The notes: generated by a model not told the origin, from the sequence alone. A stretch of DNA of 64,000 bases from a bacterium (GCA_021796115.1 JAJYOP010000006.1:8359-72358); one strand, 5' to 3'. Positions 19,484-28,179 are shown, counted from the first letter of the stretch. A program made the numbers and translations.

Positions 19484-20413
19484 ATGCAAGACTCGATATA
19501 TTTAATTCTCAGGAAAATATTCTTCTGGTTTTTTCTGCTCGCTTTTCTTATTCTTACACCAATAATCGTCTACTATTCTTTAGGGTACAAATTTGATGCA
19601 ATGGCAAAAAAGTTCTTAAAGACCGGCGCCATTTCCATCAAAACATTTCCTAAAGGAATAAATGTCTATCTGGATGGTAAAAAAATTAAAGAAACCACCC
19701 CTTGCACCATAAGAGAGCTTTTGCCTAAAGAATATAACCTCACTCTTGAGAAAGAAGGGTTCTATCCTTATGAAATGAAAGTTGAGGTTAAGCCTTCACA
19801 GATACAGGATATAGATATTTTTATTGTTCCCAGGATGGTCGATATAACAAAACTCAAGATGGATTTACATATTTATAAATTTTTTGTGGCTAAACACTTA
19901 TTCGGAGAAACCATAATAGTTTTTACGGACAAAGGCATCTATTTTCTCGATGGAGACTTTAAAGGCGCCAGAAAGGTGTCTTCACAGATTTTTGAAGAGA
20001 ATATCGCAAATTCTATCGAAAATTTAAAGGAAAATAATGGCAGGTTTTTATTCTGGAATAAAAATAATCTTTGGATGCTAGATAGTTCCCAGGTAAACGA
20101 CAAAGACGAAAAATATCCTGGCGCTATGCTTATTTATAAAGCAGAGGATGAGATAAAAGATGTTTTCTTTGGCTTCAGGGGAAAATATATCGTGATTCAC
20201 GACGGGCTCAAAGTTATTGCTCTTGACGCCGAAAACCTTAAGGTTTCTTTCCCCCTCTATGAGTTAAAAAGCGTGCGCTCAAAGATTTTTTATGATTCGC
20301 GTTCCGAGACTATTTATATACAGGATAAGGTCCAGGGAACTAATGGATTTTCATTGTTTAGAGCAGAAATAATTCCGCTCATAAACGAAAGGATTCTCAA
20401 TGAACGAAAATAG
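19484..20413 (+). CDS. PEGA-domain membrane-anchored protein
   Basis: N-terminal TM. PEGA-like FPKGINVYLDGKKIKETTPCTIRELLPKEYNLTLEKEGFYPY. Overlaps the next gene by 14 nt. Confidence 0.7.
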   Translation: MQDSIYLILRKIFFWFFLLAFLILTPIIVYYSLGYKFDAMAKKFLKTGAISIKTFPKGINVYLDGKKIKETTPCTIRELLPKEYNLTLEKEGFYPYEMKVEVKPSQIQDIDIFIVPRMVDITKLKMDLHIYKFFVAKHLFGETIIVFTDKGIYFLDGDFKGARKVSSQIFEENIANSIENLKENNGRFLFWNKNNLWMLDSSQVNDKDEKYPGAMLIYKAEDEIKDVFFGFRGKYIVIHDGLKVIALDAENLKVSFPLYELKSVRSKIFYDSRSETIYIQDKVQGTNGFSLFRAEIIPLINERILNERK

Positions 20414-21896
20414 GACTAAACGCATATTGGAAATTATCCCCGGATTTTTAAGCTGGTCGATTATTATTTTTCTCATTTTGCTTTTTATTATTAAACCGCT
20501 GGCAGCTATTATCGTAATCATCATTTACCTGATATACTGGATATGCCGGCTGCTTTATTCGAGCTTACTTCTTTTAATGACTAATCAACGGATACTTTCC
20601 AAGAAAAATTACGATTGGCTCGTCCTTTGCAAAAGATTAAATTCCGACTTAAAATTTGAAAATATTATTCACGTCGTCCTTTATACTACTTACAAAGAAA
20701 CGAAAGAACTTTTAGCGGGAAGCCTTAATTTTTTAAAAGAGACGAATTACCCCAAAGATAAAATCATAGTAGTTTTAGCCGGAGAAGAGAGGGCGGCTGA
20801 TTCATATGCAAGGCTTGAAGCTTTAAAAAAAGAATATAAGGATTATTTTTTGGATGTGATAATAACTATTCATCCCAAAAACATAGAAGGAGAGATACCA
20901 ACGAAAGGAGCCAATGCTACTTTTTCGGCAAAACAGGTAAAAGTGCATCTTGAAGAGAAAGGCTATGACTTAAAAAATATAATAATATCGTGTTTTGACG
21001 CGGATACCTGCCCGGATAAAAGTTATTTTTCATGCCTCACTTACAATTTTCTAAATAATAAGAAGAGATATCAGATGAGTTTTCAGCCTTTACCGGTCTA
21101 TAGCAACAATATCTATTCGGCACCTGCTTTTGCACGGGTAATCGAGGTGGGTTCGACTTTCTGGCAGCTTATTGAAGGTATGAGGTTTGAAAAATTCATA
21201 ACTTTTTCTTCGCACAGTATGAGCTTTGATACTCTGGTTAAAGTAGATTATTGGCCGGTTGATTTAATCTCCGATGATTCATTGATATTCTGGAAGTGTT
21301 TTTTAAAATACAATGGAGACTATAAAACTTTCCCTTTAGATATTCCTGTTTATATGGATATAGCTGTGGGCAGGAATTTTCTTGATACAATAGCTGTCCA
21401 ATACCGGCAGAAAAGAAGATGGGCCTGGGGTGTCGAAAACTTTACCTTTGTCGCTCAACATTTTCTTAAAAATAAAGATATACCTTTATTTTTAAAAATA
21501 CGTAAATTATACCAAATCCTGGATGGCCACATAAGCTGGGCTACTTGGGCTATAATAATAAGTTTCATAACACCGCTTGTTTTATTTCTCGGAAAAATTA
21601 TTTTAAAAAATTCCCTGGCGCTTTTTAACCTTACCTATATAAATGGCGTAGTTTTTCATTCCCTCACTTTTATCTTAATGCTTTGCGTAATTATCAGCTG
21701 GGAATTTACGCCTCCGCGGCCGAAAAATGTATCGCGATTTATCTATCTTTCATTTTTGTTCCAATGGCTCCTTACGCCGTTGATTTCAGCAGCTTTAGGT
21801 TCAACGCCTTCTTTAGACGCGCAGACGCGGCTCATGTTTGGAAAGTATCTTTCGTTTAATACAACGCCTAAACAAAGAAAGAAGGACGAGGGGTAA
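20400..21896 (+). CDS. membrane-embedded processive family-2 glycosyltransferase (cellulose/chitin/PNAG-synthase-like)
   Basis: CFDADT motif and Q-K-R-R-W (QxxRW). TM helices at both ends. Confidence 0.8.
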   Translation: MNENRTKRILEIIPGFLSWSIIIFLILLFIIKPLAAIIVIIIYLIYWICRLLYSSLLLLMTNQRILSKKNYDWLVLCKRLNSDLKFENIIHVVLYTTYKETKELLAGSLNFLKETNYPKDKIIVVLAGEERAADSYARLEALKKEYKDYFLDVIITIHPKNIEGEIPTKGANATFSAKQVKVHLEEKGYDLKNIIISCFDADTCPDKSYFSCLTYNFLNNKKRYQMSFQPLPVYSNNIYSAPAFARVIEVGSTFWQLIEGMRFEKFITFSSHSMSFDTLVKVDYWPVDLISDDSLIFWKCFLKYNGDYKTFPLDIPVYMDIAVGRNFLDTIAVQYRQKRRWAWGVENFTFVAQHFLKNKDIPLFLKIRKLYQILDGHISWATWAIIISFITPLVLFLGKIILKNSLALFNLTYINGVVFHSLTFILMLCVIISWEFTPPRPKNVSRFIYLSFLFQWLLTPLISAALGSTPSLDAQTRLMFGKYLSFNTTPKQRKKDEG

Positions 21897-21971
21897 AATG
21901 AGAGGGGCAATAGTTTTTTGACTTCTCTCTTCTGTTTTCTGTCTTATGTCGCCATGATCATGAGTTACGAC

Positions 21972-21999
21972 TTGACAAAGAAATTTTTTTTAGTATATT
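21972..21999 (+). promoter_or_regulatory. sigma70-like promoter
   Basis: TTGACA (21972-21977), 16-nt spacer, TATATT (21994-21999). Confidence 0.4.
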
Positions 22000-22140
22000 T
22001 TATTTGTAAACACGATTAGCACAAATGTGGGATGCTTATCGGCAGGCAGGAATTTCCCACGAATAAAAAATGAATTTGTTTTCTATTCATGGCAATTCGT
22101 TTCTAGTTCGTGATAATTTGTATGTAAAAAAGGAGAAGCT

Positions 22141-22320
22141 ATGGCGAAAAAAATAGATAAGAAAAAAGAATCAGCAGAAAAATATTCTAAAGACGAAATA
22201 GCTAAAATATGCGAAAGAGCATATTTTATTTGGTTGAATAAATCAAAGCCGGCGAACAGTGCTCTTTCCGACTGGCTTCAGGCAGAGACAGAATTGAAAA
22301 AAGAACGTAAAATTAAATAA
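22141..22320 (+). CDS. DUF2934-like small protein (59 aa, below ORF-track cutoff)
   Basis: aaggagaagct ATG. ICERAYFIWLNKSKPANSALSDWLQAETEL resembles the 7764 protein. Confidence 0.6.
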   Translation: MAKKIDKKKESAEKYSKDEIAKICERAYFIWLNKSKPANSALSDWLQAETELKKERKIK

Positions 22321-22368
22321 GAGCCGGTTTTTTTGATTTTTTAATAACGCAATGCATGGGAGGTAAAG

Positions 22369-22587
22369 ATGGCAAAGGCGAGAACTATTAAATGCCCGGA
22401 ATGCCAAGATGAGTTTGAGTTAGAAGATTATTTAGAGGTGGGAGATACTACTTTTTGCGTAAGTTGCGATACGGAGCTTAAAGTTGTTAAGCTTGACCCT
22501 CCTCAAGTTGAGATAGTTGCTGTCAATGAAAATGAAGATGAAGGGCAAGATTTTGATGAAGATGACGCGGAAGATGAAGATTTTTAA
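22369..22587 (+). CDS. LysW-like zinc-ribbon protein with long acidic C-terminal tail
   Basis: IKCPECQDEFELEDYLEVGDTTFCVSCDTELKVVKLDPPQVE parallels Thermus LysW (CPECGAELRLEN..VCEDCGAELEVVGLDPLRLE). Tail is NENEDEGQDFDEDDAEDEDF. Confidence 0.65.
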   Translation: MAKARTIKCPECQDEFELEDYLEVGDTTFCVSCDTELKVVKLDPPQVEIVAVNENEDEGQDFDEDDAEDEDF

Positions 22588-22600
22588 AAAGGAGGATTAA

Positions 22601-23050
22601 ATGTTTAAAAAGACTTTACCCGTATTCTTAATCGCAATAGCCCTGTTGTCGCTGCCTAGTTTTGCTGAAGAAAAAAAGAGCAACGTTCCGCCGCAAGCTG
22701 CTAATACTACCGCACAAACCGCAGTTTCCAAAGAGCAGCCAAAGGCCCAAGTTCAGCCACAAACTACGCCGCAAAGTGCCCCTCAGGAAGAAGTCGTTAA
22801 GGGCGTAATAAAAGAGATAGCTAATGACGGAAGCTATGTAATTGTTAACGATACAAAAATCCTTACGACCAAAGAATTTCTGGAAGATTCATACCTCGAA
22901 GTTGGAGACAATGTAGAAATCACGGCAGAAAAAACTGACCAGGGCCTTAAGGCAAAGAGCTATAACTATATTTTTGAGGAAGAAGGCTCCACAGCAACTC
23001 CGGATGAGCCGTCTAATGACAGCACTGAAGAGTCGCCTCAAGGGTATTAA
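22601..23050 (+). CDS. secreted acidic protein of unknown function
   Basis: Signal peptide LLSLPSFA-EE, then a Q/P-rich linker and a small globular domain. Confidence 0.6.
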   Translation: MFKKTLPVFLIAIALLSLPSFAEEKKSNVPPQAANTTAQTAVSKEQPKAQVQPQTTPQSAPQEEVVKGVIKEIANDGSYVIVNDTKILTTKEFLEDSYLEVGDNVEITAEKTDQGLKAKSYNYIFEEEGSTATPDEPSNDSTEESPQGY

Positions 23051-23070
23051 TCATTTGGAATGATTATCAA

Positions 23071-23108
23071 ATAGCCCTCTCATATTCGTAATGAAAGGGC
23101 TATTTTTA
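23071..23108 (+). terminator. rho-independent terminator
   Basis: Stem atagccct/agggctat followed by ttttt. Confidence 0.6.
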
Positions 23109-23110
23109 TT

Positions 23111-23228
23111 AATCCCTTTTGCCAGAATTTCACGGGCTTCGTCCGTGGATGAATAGCGGAAAGGGGCGTCGCCTGCGCTTTAAGCGGGTAAAAAAAAGAC
23201 CTACAGGTTTTGCCTGTGCGGGCTCCAG
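23111..23228 (+). repeat. R1 repeat copy D
   Basis: aatcccttttgccagaatttcacgggcttcgtccgtg...gcggaaaggggcgtcgcctgcgctttaagcgggtaaaaaaaagacctacaggttttgcctgtgcgggctccag. ORF 23119..23313 is an artefact. Confidence 0.85.
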
Positions 23229-23331
23229 TGAGCACGTGATTTTTTCAAGCGACCGAAGGAAGTGGAGAAAAAATCACAGTGCGAATTACCCCTCAAGCGA
23301 AGCGAAGGGGTAATGCAAAGAGAGGAGAGGC

Positions 23332-24477
23332 TTGAAGTTAAGCAAATATAAAAATTTGAACACTTCTCTGGAGGATGAGCCCGACGGATGTAAAAATGAA
23401 ATATCCCAAAAAGAAAGCTGGCATAGCACATATTCGAATTCGCTAAAAAATATAGAAGACCTGTCAAAATTTATTTTCATTCCCGAAGCCGAAAAACCTG
23501 CCTTAAAACAAGTAATCAGAACTTTCCACATGAGAATACCTTTGTATTATCTTTCTTTAGCAAAAAATTTAAATAACTCTAACGACCCTATACGCAGGCA
23601 ATGTATCCCTTCTATTGAAGAGATAGAAAGAGAAATCCATGAAAAAATAGATCCGCTTGGCGAAGAAAAAACTTCGCCGGCACCTTGCCTTATCCATCGC
23701 TATCCCGACCGGGCTCTTTTGATAGTAACCGGAAGATGTTTTATGTATTGCCGCCACTGCACGCGAAAAAGATTATGGAGAAGCAGAATACCCGAGCCAG
23801 CCCTAAAGGATATTGAATTAGCTCTTGCCTACGTAAAGGAGAACAAAGAAATAAGAGAGATAATAGTATCCGGAGGAGACCCGCTAACTCTCCCCACAGA
23901 AAAATTAGATTACATCCTTTCTCTCTTAACGAACATTAAAAATATTGAGGTTATACGTATAGGCACAAGAGCGCCTGTGGTATTTCCTCAAAGAATAGAC
24001 GAAAATTTATGTAAAGTCATTGAAAAATACGAAAATCTCTGGATTAATACCCAATTCAACCATCCTGATGAAATTACCGCGCAATCGATACTTGCCTGCA
24101 AAATGCTTCAACGCTGCGGTATTGCCATAAGCAATCAATCGGTGCTTCTAAAAGGTATAAACGACAATATCAAAACAATGCTTGAGTTGTGCCATAAACT
24201 TCAAAATATAAGGGTGAGGCCGTACTATCTTTATCAGTGTGATCCGGTTATAGGTGCGCATCATTTTAGAACTTCTATATGGAGGGGCATAGATATTCTT
24301 GAAAATATGCGAGGACATACCAGCGGTATGTGTATACCTACCTTTGTCGTTGATGGTATAGACGGTAAAGGGAAAATTCCTATCGGGCCCAACTACGTTC
24401 TTTCTGTTTCGCCTGAAGGGCTTACACTTAGAAATTACAGAAACGAAATTTTGTTTTATTTTAATCCTAAGGAATAG
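23332..24477 (+). CDS. KamA-family radical SAM aminomutase (lysine 2,3-aminomutase-like)
   Basis: CFMYCRHCTRKR cluster motif, GGDPL, YLYQCD..GAHHFR. TTG start after agaggagagg. Confidence 0.85.
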   Translation: MKLSKYKNLNTSLEDEPDGCKNEISQKESWHSTYSNSLKNIEDLSKFIFIPEAEKPALKQVIRTFHMRIPLYYLSLAKNLNNSNDPIRRQCIPSIEEIEREIHEKIDPLGEEKTSPAPCLIHRYPDRALLIVTGRCFMYCRHCTRKRLWRSRIPEPALKDIELALAYVKENKEIREIIVSGGDPLTLPTEKLDYILSLLTNIKNIEVIRIGTRAPVVFPQRIDENLCKVIEKYENLWINTQFNHPDEITAQSILACKMLQRCGIAISNQSVLLKGINDNIKTMLELCHKLQNIRVRPYYLYQCDPVIGAHHFRTSIWRGIDILENMRGHTSGMCIPTFVVDGIDGKGKIPIGPNYVLSVSPEGLTLRNYRNEILFYFNPKE

Positions 24478-24598
24478 TAATAGAGATAGAATACGAAATT
24501 ATGAAGGACGATGGACGAGAGATGAAGGGCGATTCTATCGTCTTTCATCTCTCTTTATTCGTCCATTGTAACTCGAGTTTTTCGGAGCGATAACCGCC

Positions 24599-25591
24599 TT
24601 GCTGAATAAAATAGCGATAACCTTCAATCTAAAAAAAAGCGGCGCAAAGGACGATAGTTTTGCTGAATACGATGAGATAGAAACTATCGATGCCTTGGAG
24701 AAAGAATTGAAATTTTTTGCGCATTCAATTGTTCGTATCGAACAAACCCCAGATATAATAAAAAATCTAATAAAAGAAAAACCGGATTTTGTTTTTAACA
24801 TCGCAGAAGGCATAAATTCTGGCCGCGCAAGAGAATCCCAAGTTCCCGCTGTATTGGAAAGTTTAAATATACCCTATTCCGGTTCGGATCCGATAGCCCT
24901 GGGAATCGCTCTTGATAAATACCTTACAAATATTATATTAAAATATGCCGGGGTGCCGGTTCCTTTTGCGTTTATTATAAAAGATAAAGGCACTTTACCT
25001 TGCTATAAGAATATTTTCAGGAATAAAAAGAAATTTATAGTAAAACCCCGCTGGGAAGGTTCGTCAAAAGGCATATTTTCTGATTCCGTTGTTTGTGATT
25101 TCGAAAAATTAAAAGAAAAATTTTTTTATATAGTTTCTAAATATAAGCAACCGGCATTGGTTGAAGAATTCCTCCAGAAGGACGAAATTACTGTTGGCGT
25201 TTGCGGCAACGCTGAGCCGGTCATTTTAGGCATGATGCGCTTAAGCCAGGCCAATGGCAAGGGGCTATTTTTATATTGCCAGGAAAATAAACGTGATTGG
25301 CAAGCTAAAGTCAAATATGAATCGAAAAATTCAATACCCAAAAAAATTCAAAAAATCATAAAAGAAAACGCCATCAAGGCTTTTACGGCGCTTGAACTAA
25401 GAGACGTTGCGCGTATGGATTTCAGGCTTGATAAAAATAACATCCCCCATGTAATAGATGTTAACCCTTTACCGGGATTATCGCCCATTTACAGTGATTT
25501 GCCGATACTTTGCAAATTGGAAAACAAAAACTACAGCTATCTGATAAAAAAAATAATGTCTGAAACCTTAAAAAGAAATCGTTTAGCTTGA
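24599..25591 (+). CDS. ATP-grasp ligase, D-Ala-D-Ala-ligase-like (paralog 1)
   Basis: FNIAEGINSGRARESQVPAVLESLNIPYSGS, KPRWEGSSKGI and DVNPLPGL are typical Ddl-type ATP-grasp blocks. Confidence 0.8.
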   Translation: MLNKIAITFNLKKSGAKDDSFAEYDEIETIDALEKELKFFAHSIVRIEQTPDIIKNLIKEKPDFVFNIAEGINSGRARESQVPAVLESLNIPYSGSDPIALGIALDKYLTNIILKYAGVPVPFAFIIKDKGTLPCYKNIFRNKKKFIVKPRWEGSSKGIFSDSVVCDFEKLKEKFFYIVSKYKQPALVEEFLQKDEITVGVCGNAEPVILGMMRLSQANGKGLFLYCQENKRDWQAKVKYESKNSIPKKIQKIIKENAIKAFTALELRDVARMDFRLDKNNIPHVIDVNPLPGLSPIYSDLPILCKLENKNYSYLIKKIMSETLKRNRLA

Positions 25592-25604
25592 TCTTATAAA
25601 AAAA

Positions 25605-26903
25605 ATGAAAAAAATATTGCTGCTGTTTTTTCTAATTATAATTTGCCGTCCGGGCTTCTGCTCTGATGAGATAAATTTTTCGGCAAAAGACCGAGTTATT
25701 ATCTTTTCACCGCATCCGGACGATGAAATTATCGCCCTGGGAGGGTTAATCCAGAAAGTTTTAAAATCCGGAGCGAAACTAAAAATCGTTTACCTTACTA
25801 ACGGAGAATATAACGAAATAAATTATTTGTTTTATAAAAAACAGGCAGCTGTGTCGCCAGCAGGTTTTATCAAGATAGGAAAGGTTAGGGAAAAAGAAGC
25901 CTATGATGCGACTGGCGCTTTAGGCGTTGACAAAAAAGATTTAATATTTTTAGGCTATCCGGATAGATTTACAGAGGCCATCCTTACCAGCTTTTGGAAT
26001 AAAAAATGGCCCGCATCAAGCATGCTTACGCATATAAGCAAGGTTCCGTATAAAGACGCTTTATCTTTCGGCGCGCCTTATATAGGTGAAAGCATACTTA
26101 ACGATATAAAAAATGTTTTAAATGATTTTAAGCCGACAAAAGTTTTTCTATCGAGTCCTCAAGATACGAATCCCGACCATCGTGCTATGTATGTTTTTCT
26201 AAACGTTGCCTTGCTTGATTTAAAAGATAAATTCGTCCCGGATGCGCAATTTTCCTATTTGGTGCATAAGCCAGGCTGGCCAAAGGGAAAAAAATACCTT
26301 CCTTCTTTTGAGTTGGCTCCTCCGGAGGAGTTTACCGCTAGCGACGTAACTTGGATTAAGGTCCCGTTGAGCAGAAACGAGGTGGAGGATAAATATAAGG
26401 CATTGCTTCTTTATAGAAGCCAGCTTTCTCTGGGCAAGTATTATCTTGCGAGTTTTGTCAGATCAAACGAACTTTTATGCAAATATCCGGTTATCGCTAT
26501 GCGGCCCAAAGTTAAGAATGAAAGCAATAAATTTGAATCTAACCTGGTTTCCAGAATAACTTATTCAAGGGACGATGAATTTTTATACATTAATATTATA
26601 TTACGCAAAGCTATAGCGCCGACTATAAAGGCCGATATATATTTATTAGGTTACAGCTCAACTAAAGATTTTTCTCTTATGCCCAAAATATTTTTTAAAG
26701 TAAAAGACCGAAGCGCGATAATATATGATAAACGAAAAAGAATTTTTATCGATAATTTAAAAACCATTTCACGAGGCAATGCCATATTGATTAAATTTCC
26801 CCTTAAGGCACTGGATAATCCGCAATACGTTTTCAGCAGAATTATTCTTAAAGGAAATTTGCTCGCTTTGTATGCTTCAGCGTGGAGAATACTTGAGCTC
26901 TGA
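25605..26903 (+). CDS. PIG-L/LmbE-family de-N-acetylase with signal peptide and extra C-terminal domain
   Basis: FSPHPDDEIIALGG and NPDH motifs. N-terminal MKKILLLFFLIIICRPGFCS. About 130 extra C-terminal residues. Confidence 0.8.
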   Translation: MKKILLLFFLIIICRPGFCSDEINFSAKDRVIIFSPHPDDEIIALGGLIQKVLKSGAKLKIVYLTNGEYNEINYLFYKKQAAVSPAGFIKIGKVREKEAYDATGALGVDKKDLIFLGYPDRFTEAILTSFWNKKWPASSMLTHISKVPYKDALSFGAPYIGESILNDIKNVLNDFKPTKVFLSSPQDTNPDHRAMYVFLNVALLDLKDKFVPDAQFSYLVHKPGWPKGKKYLPSFELAPPEEFTASDVTWIKVPLSRNEVEDKYKALLLYRSQLSLGKYYLASFVRSNELLCKYPVIAMRPKVKNESNKFESNLVSRITYSRDDEFLYINIILRKAIAPTIKADIYLLGYSSTKDFSLMPKIFFKVKDRSAIIYDKRKRIFIDNLKTISRGNAILIKFPLKALDNPQYVFSRIILKGNLLALYASAWRILEL

Positions 26904-26911
26904 TTCGTAAC

Positions 26912-27898
26912 ATGGCAAAAAAACATACCATCCTAATTACGCTTGCTAAAGAAAATACCGGCAGAAAAGACATATCGGATGTTTTAAGGTGCAAAAAATC
27001 TATTTGTAAAATTTTATCCCAAAAAAAGACAAGGCCCAAAGTACTTTTCGTTAAAAGAGATGATTTCAACGCTGCTCAAAAACTTAAAAAAACAATTTTA
27101 AATAAAAAACCTTCCTGTATTTTTAATCTTTTCGAAGGTTTCAGCGATGAACCGTCTAAAGAGGCGGAATTCGTTAAAATTCTCGAAACTTTGGAGATTC
27201 CTTTCACCGGTAACTCGTCGTTTACGCTTAATTCATGTTTGGATAAGGCAAAGGCAAAGCGTATTTTAAAAGCTAAAGGCATTAAGGTGGCCGACGGCGT
27301 TATCGTAAAAAATATTAAAAAAATAAAAATGCCGGAAATAAAATTTCCTGTTTTTGTAAAGCCCCGTTTTGAAGATGCCAGCGTGGGCATAAACCGCGAT
27401 TCTCTTGTTTTTAACCAAGGAAAATTATTGAGTCTTTTAAAAACGCGCTTGAATGAATTTCCCGCAGGGCTTCTCGTCGAAAGTTTTCTGCCCGGTAAAG
27501 AATACAGCGTGGCATTTCTGGGTAACGGCCCGTATGAAGTACTAGGCATATCCACGATAGATTATTCACGATATAAAAAATTGCCGCATTTTTTAACTTA
27601 CGCTTCAAAATGGGATAAAATGGCAGGCGAATTCAAAAAAATTTTGCCTTACTCTAACGCCAGGATTGGCAAGAAATTAAAAATAATAATAAACAAAGCC
27701 CAAAAAGCCGCAACCGCGCTTGGTTGCAGGGGGTATTTCAGGGTAGATTTACGGGAAAAAAACGGATACGTTTTTGTGATAGACGTAAACCCTAACCCCG
27801 ATATAAATTGCGACAGCGGGTACATAAAACAAGCCTGCAAGAAAGGTTATAGCTATGCCGGAATTATCGAAAAAATAATTAATTTAGCCGGCGCCTGA
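26912..27898 (+). CDS. ATP-grasp ligase, D-Ala-D-Ala-ligase-like (paralog 2)
   Basis: FNLFEGFSDEPSKEAEFVKILETLEIPFTGN, KPRFEDASVGI, DVNPNPD. Confidence 0.8.
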   Translation: MAKKHTILITLAKENTGRKDISDVLRCKKSICKILSQKKTRPKVLFVKRDDFNAAQKLKKTILNKKPSCIFNLFEGFSDEPSKEAEFVKILETLEIPFTGNSSFTLNSCLDKAKAKRILKAKGIKVADGVIVKNIKKIKMPEIKFPVFVKPRFEDASVGINRDSLVFNQGKLLSLLKTRLNEFPAGLLVESFLPGKEYSVAFLGNGPYEVLGISTIDYSRYKKLPHFLTYASKWDKMAGEFKKILPYSNARIGKKLKIIINKAQKAATALGCRGYFRVDLREKNGYVFVIDVNPNPDINCDSGYIKQACKKGYSYAGIIEKIINLAGA

Positions 27899-27963
27899 CG
27901 CGGTTCTTTGCCATTGACAAACATGGTAAACGTTATATATTTTATAATAACAGGAGGTGGAAA

Positions 27964-28179
27964 ATGGAAGAGCAAAATAAAATTCAAACTACCGCAACGG
28001 ATAAAACATCCAATACCGGCAAAACGGCAGCAAAAATAATTCTCGGAATAATATTCATTATTTTAGGGTTATTCGCCCTTATACGCTGGTGGCCAAGCCT
28101 GGTTACTCTCATCAAAGGGTTTATAGGTTTATTTTTGATTCTTGCCGGGGCAATTACTTTAGCGGTTGCCAAAGAATAA
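27964..28179 (+). CDS. small two-TM membrane protein
   Basis: aggaggtgg SD. Two hydrophobic helices. Confidence 0.5.
   Translation: MEEQNKIQTTATDKTSNTGKTAAKIILGIIFIILGLFALIRWWPSLVTLIKGFIGLFLILAGAITLAVAKE

Noticed and set aside
2000-23228. R1 hairpin repeats as a CRISPR array
   Set aside because: The copies are kilobases apart and 120 nt long, have no regular spacer periodicity, and no cas genes are in the window.
23332-24477. Aminomutase as EpmB (EF-P beta-lysylation)
   Set aside because: The cluster motif is CRHCTRKR (KamA-like) rather than the CRYCFRR type I recall for EpmB. No efp or epmA is adjacent. This is not excluded without phylogeny.
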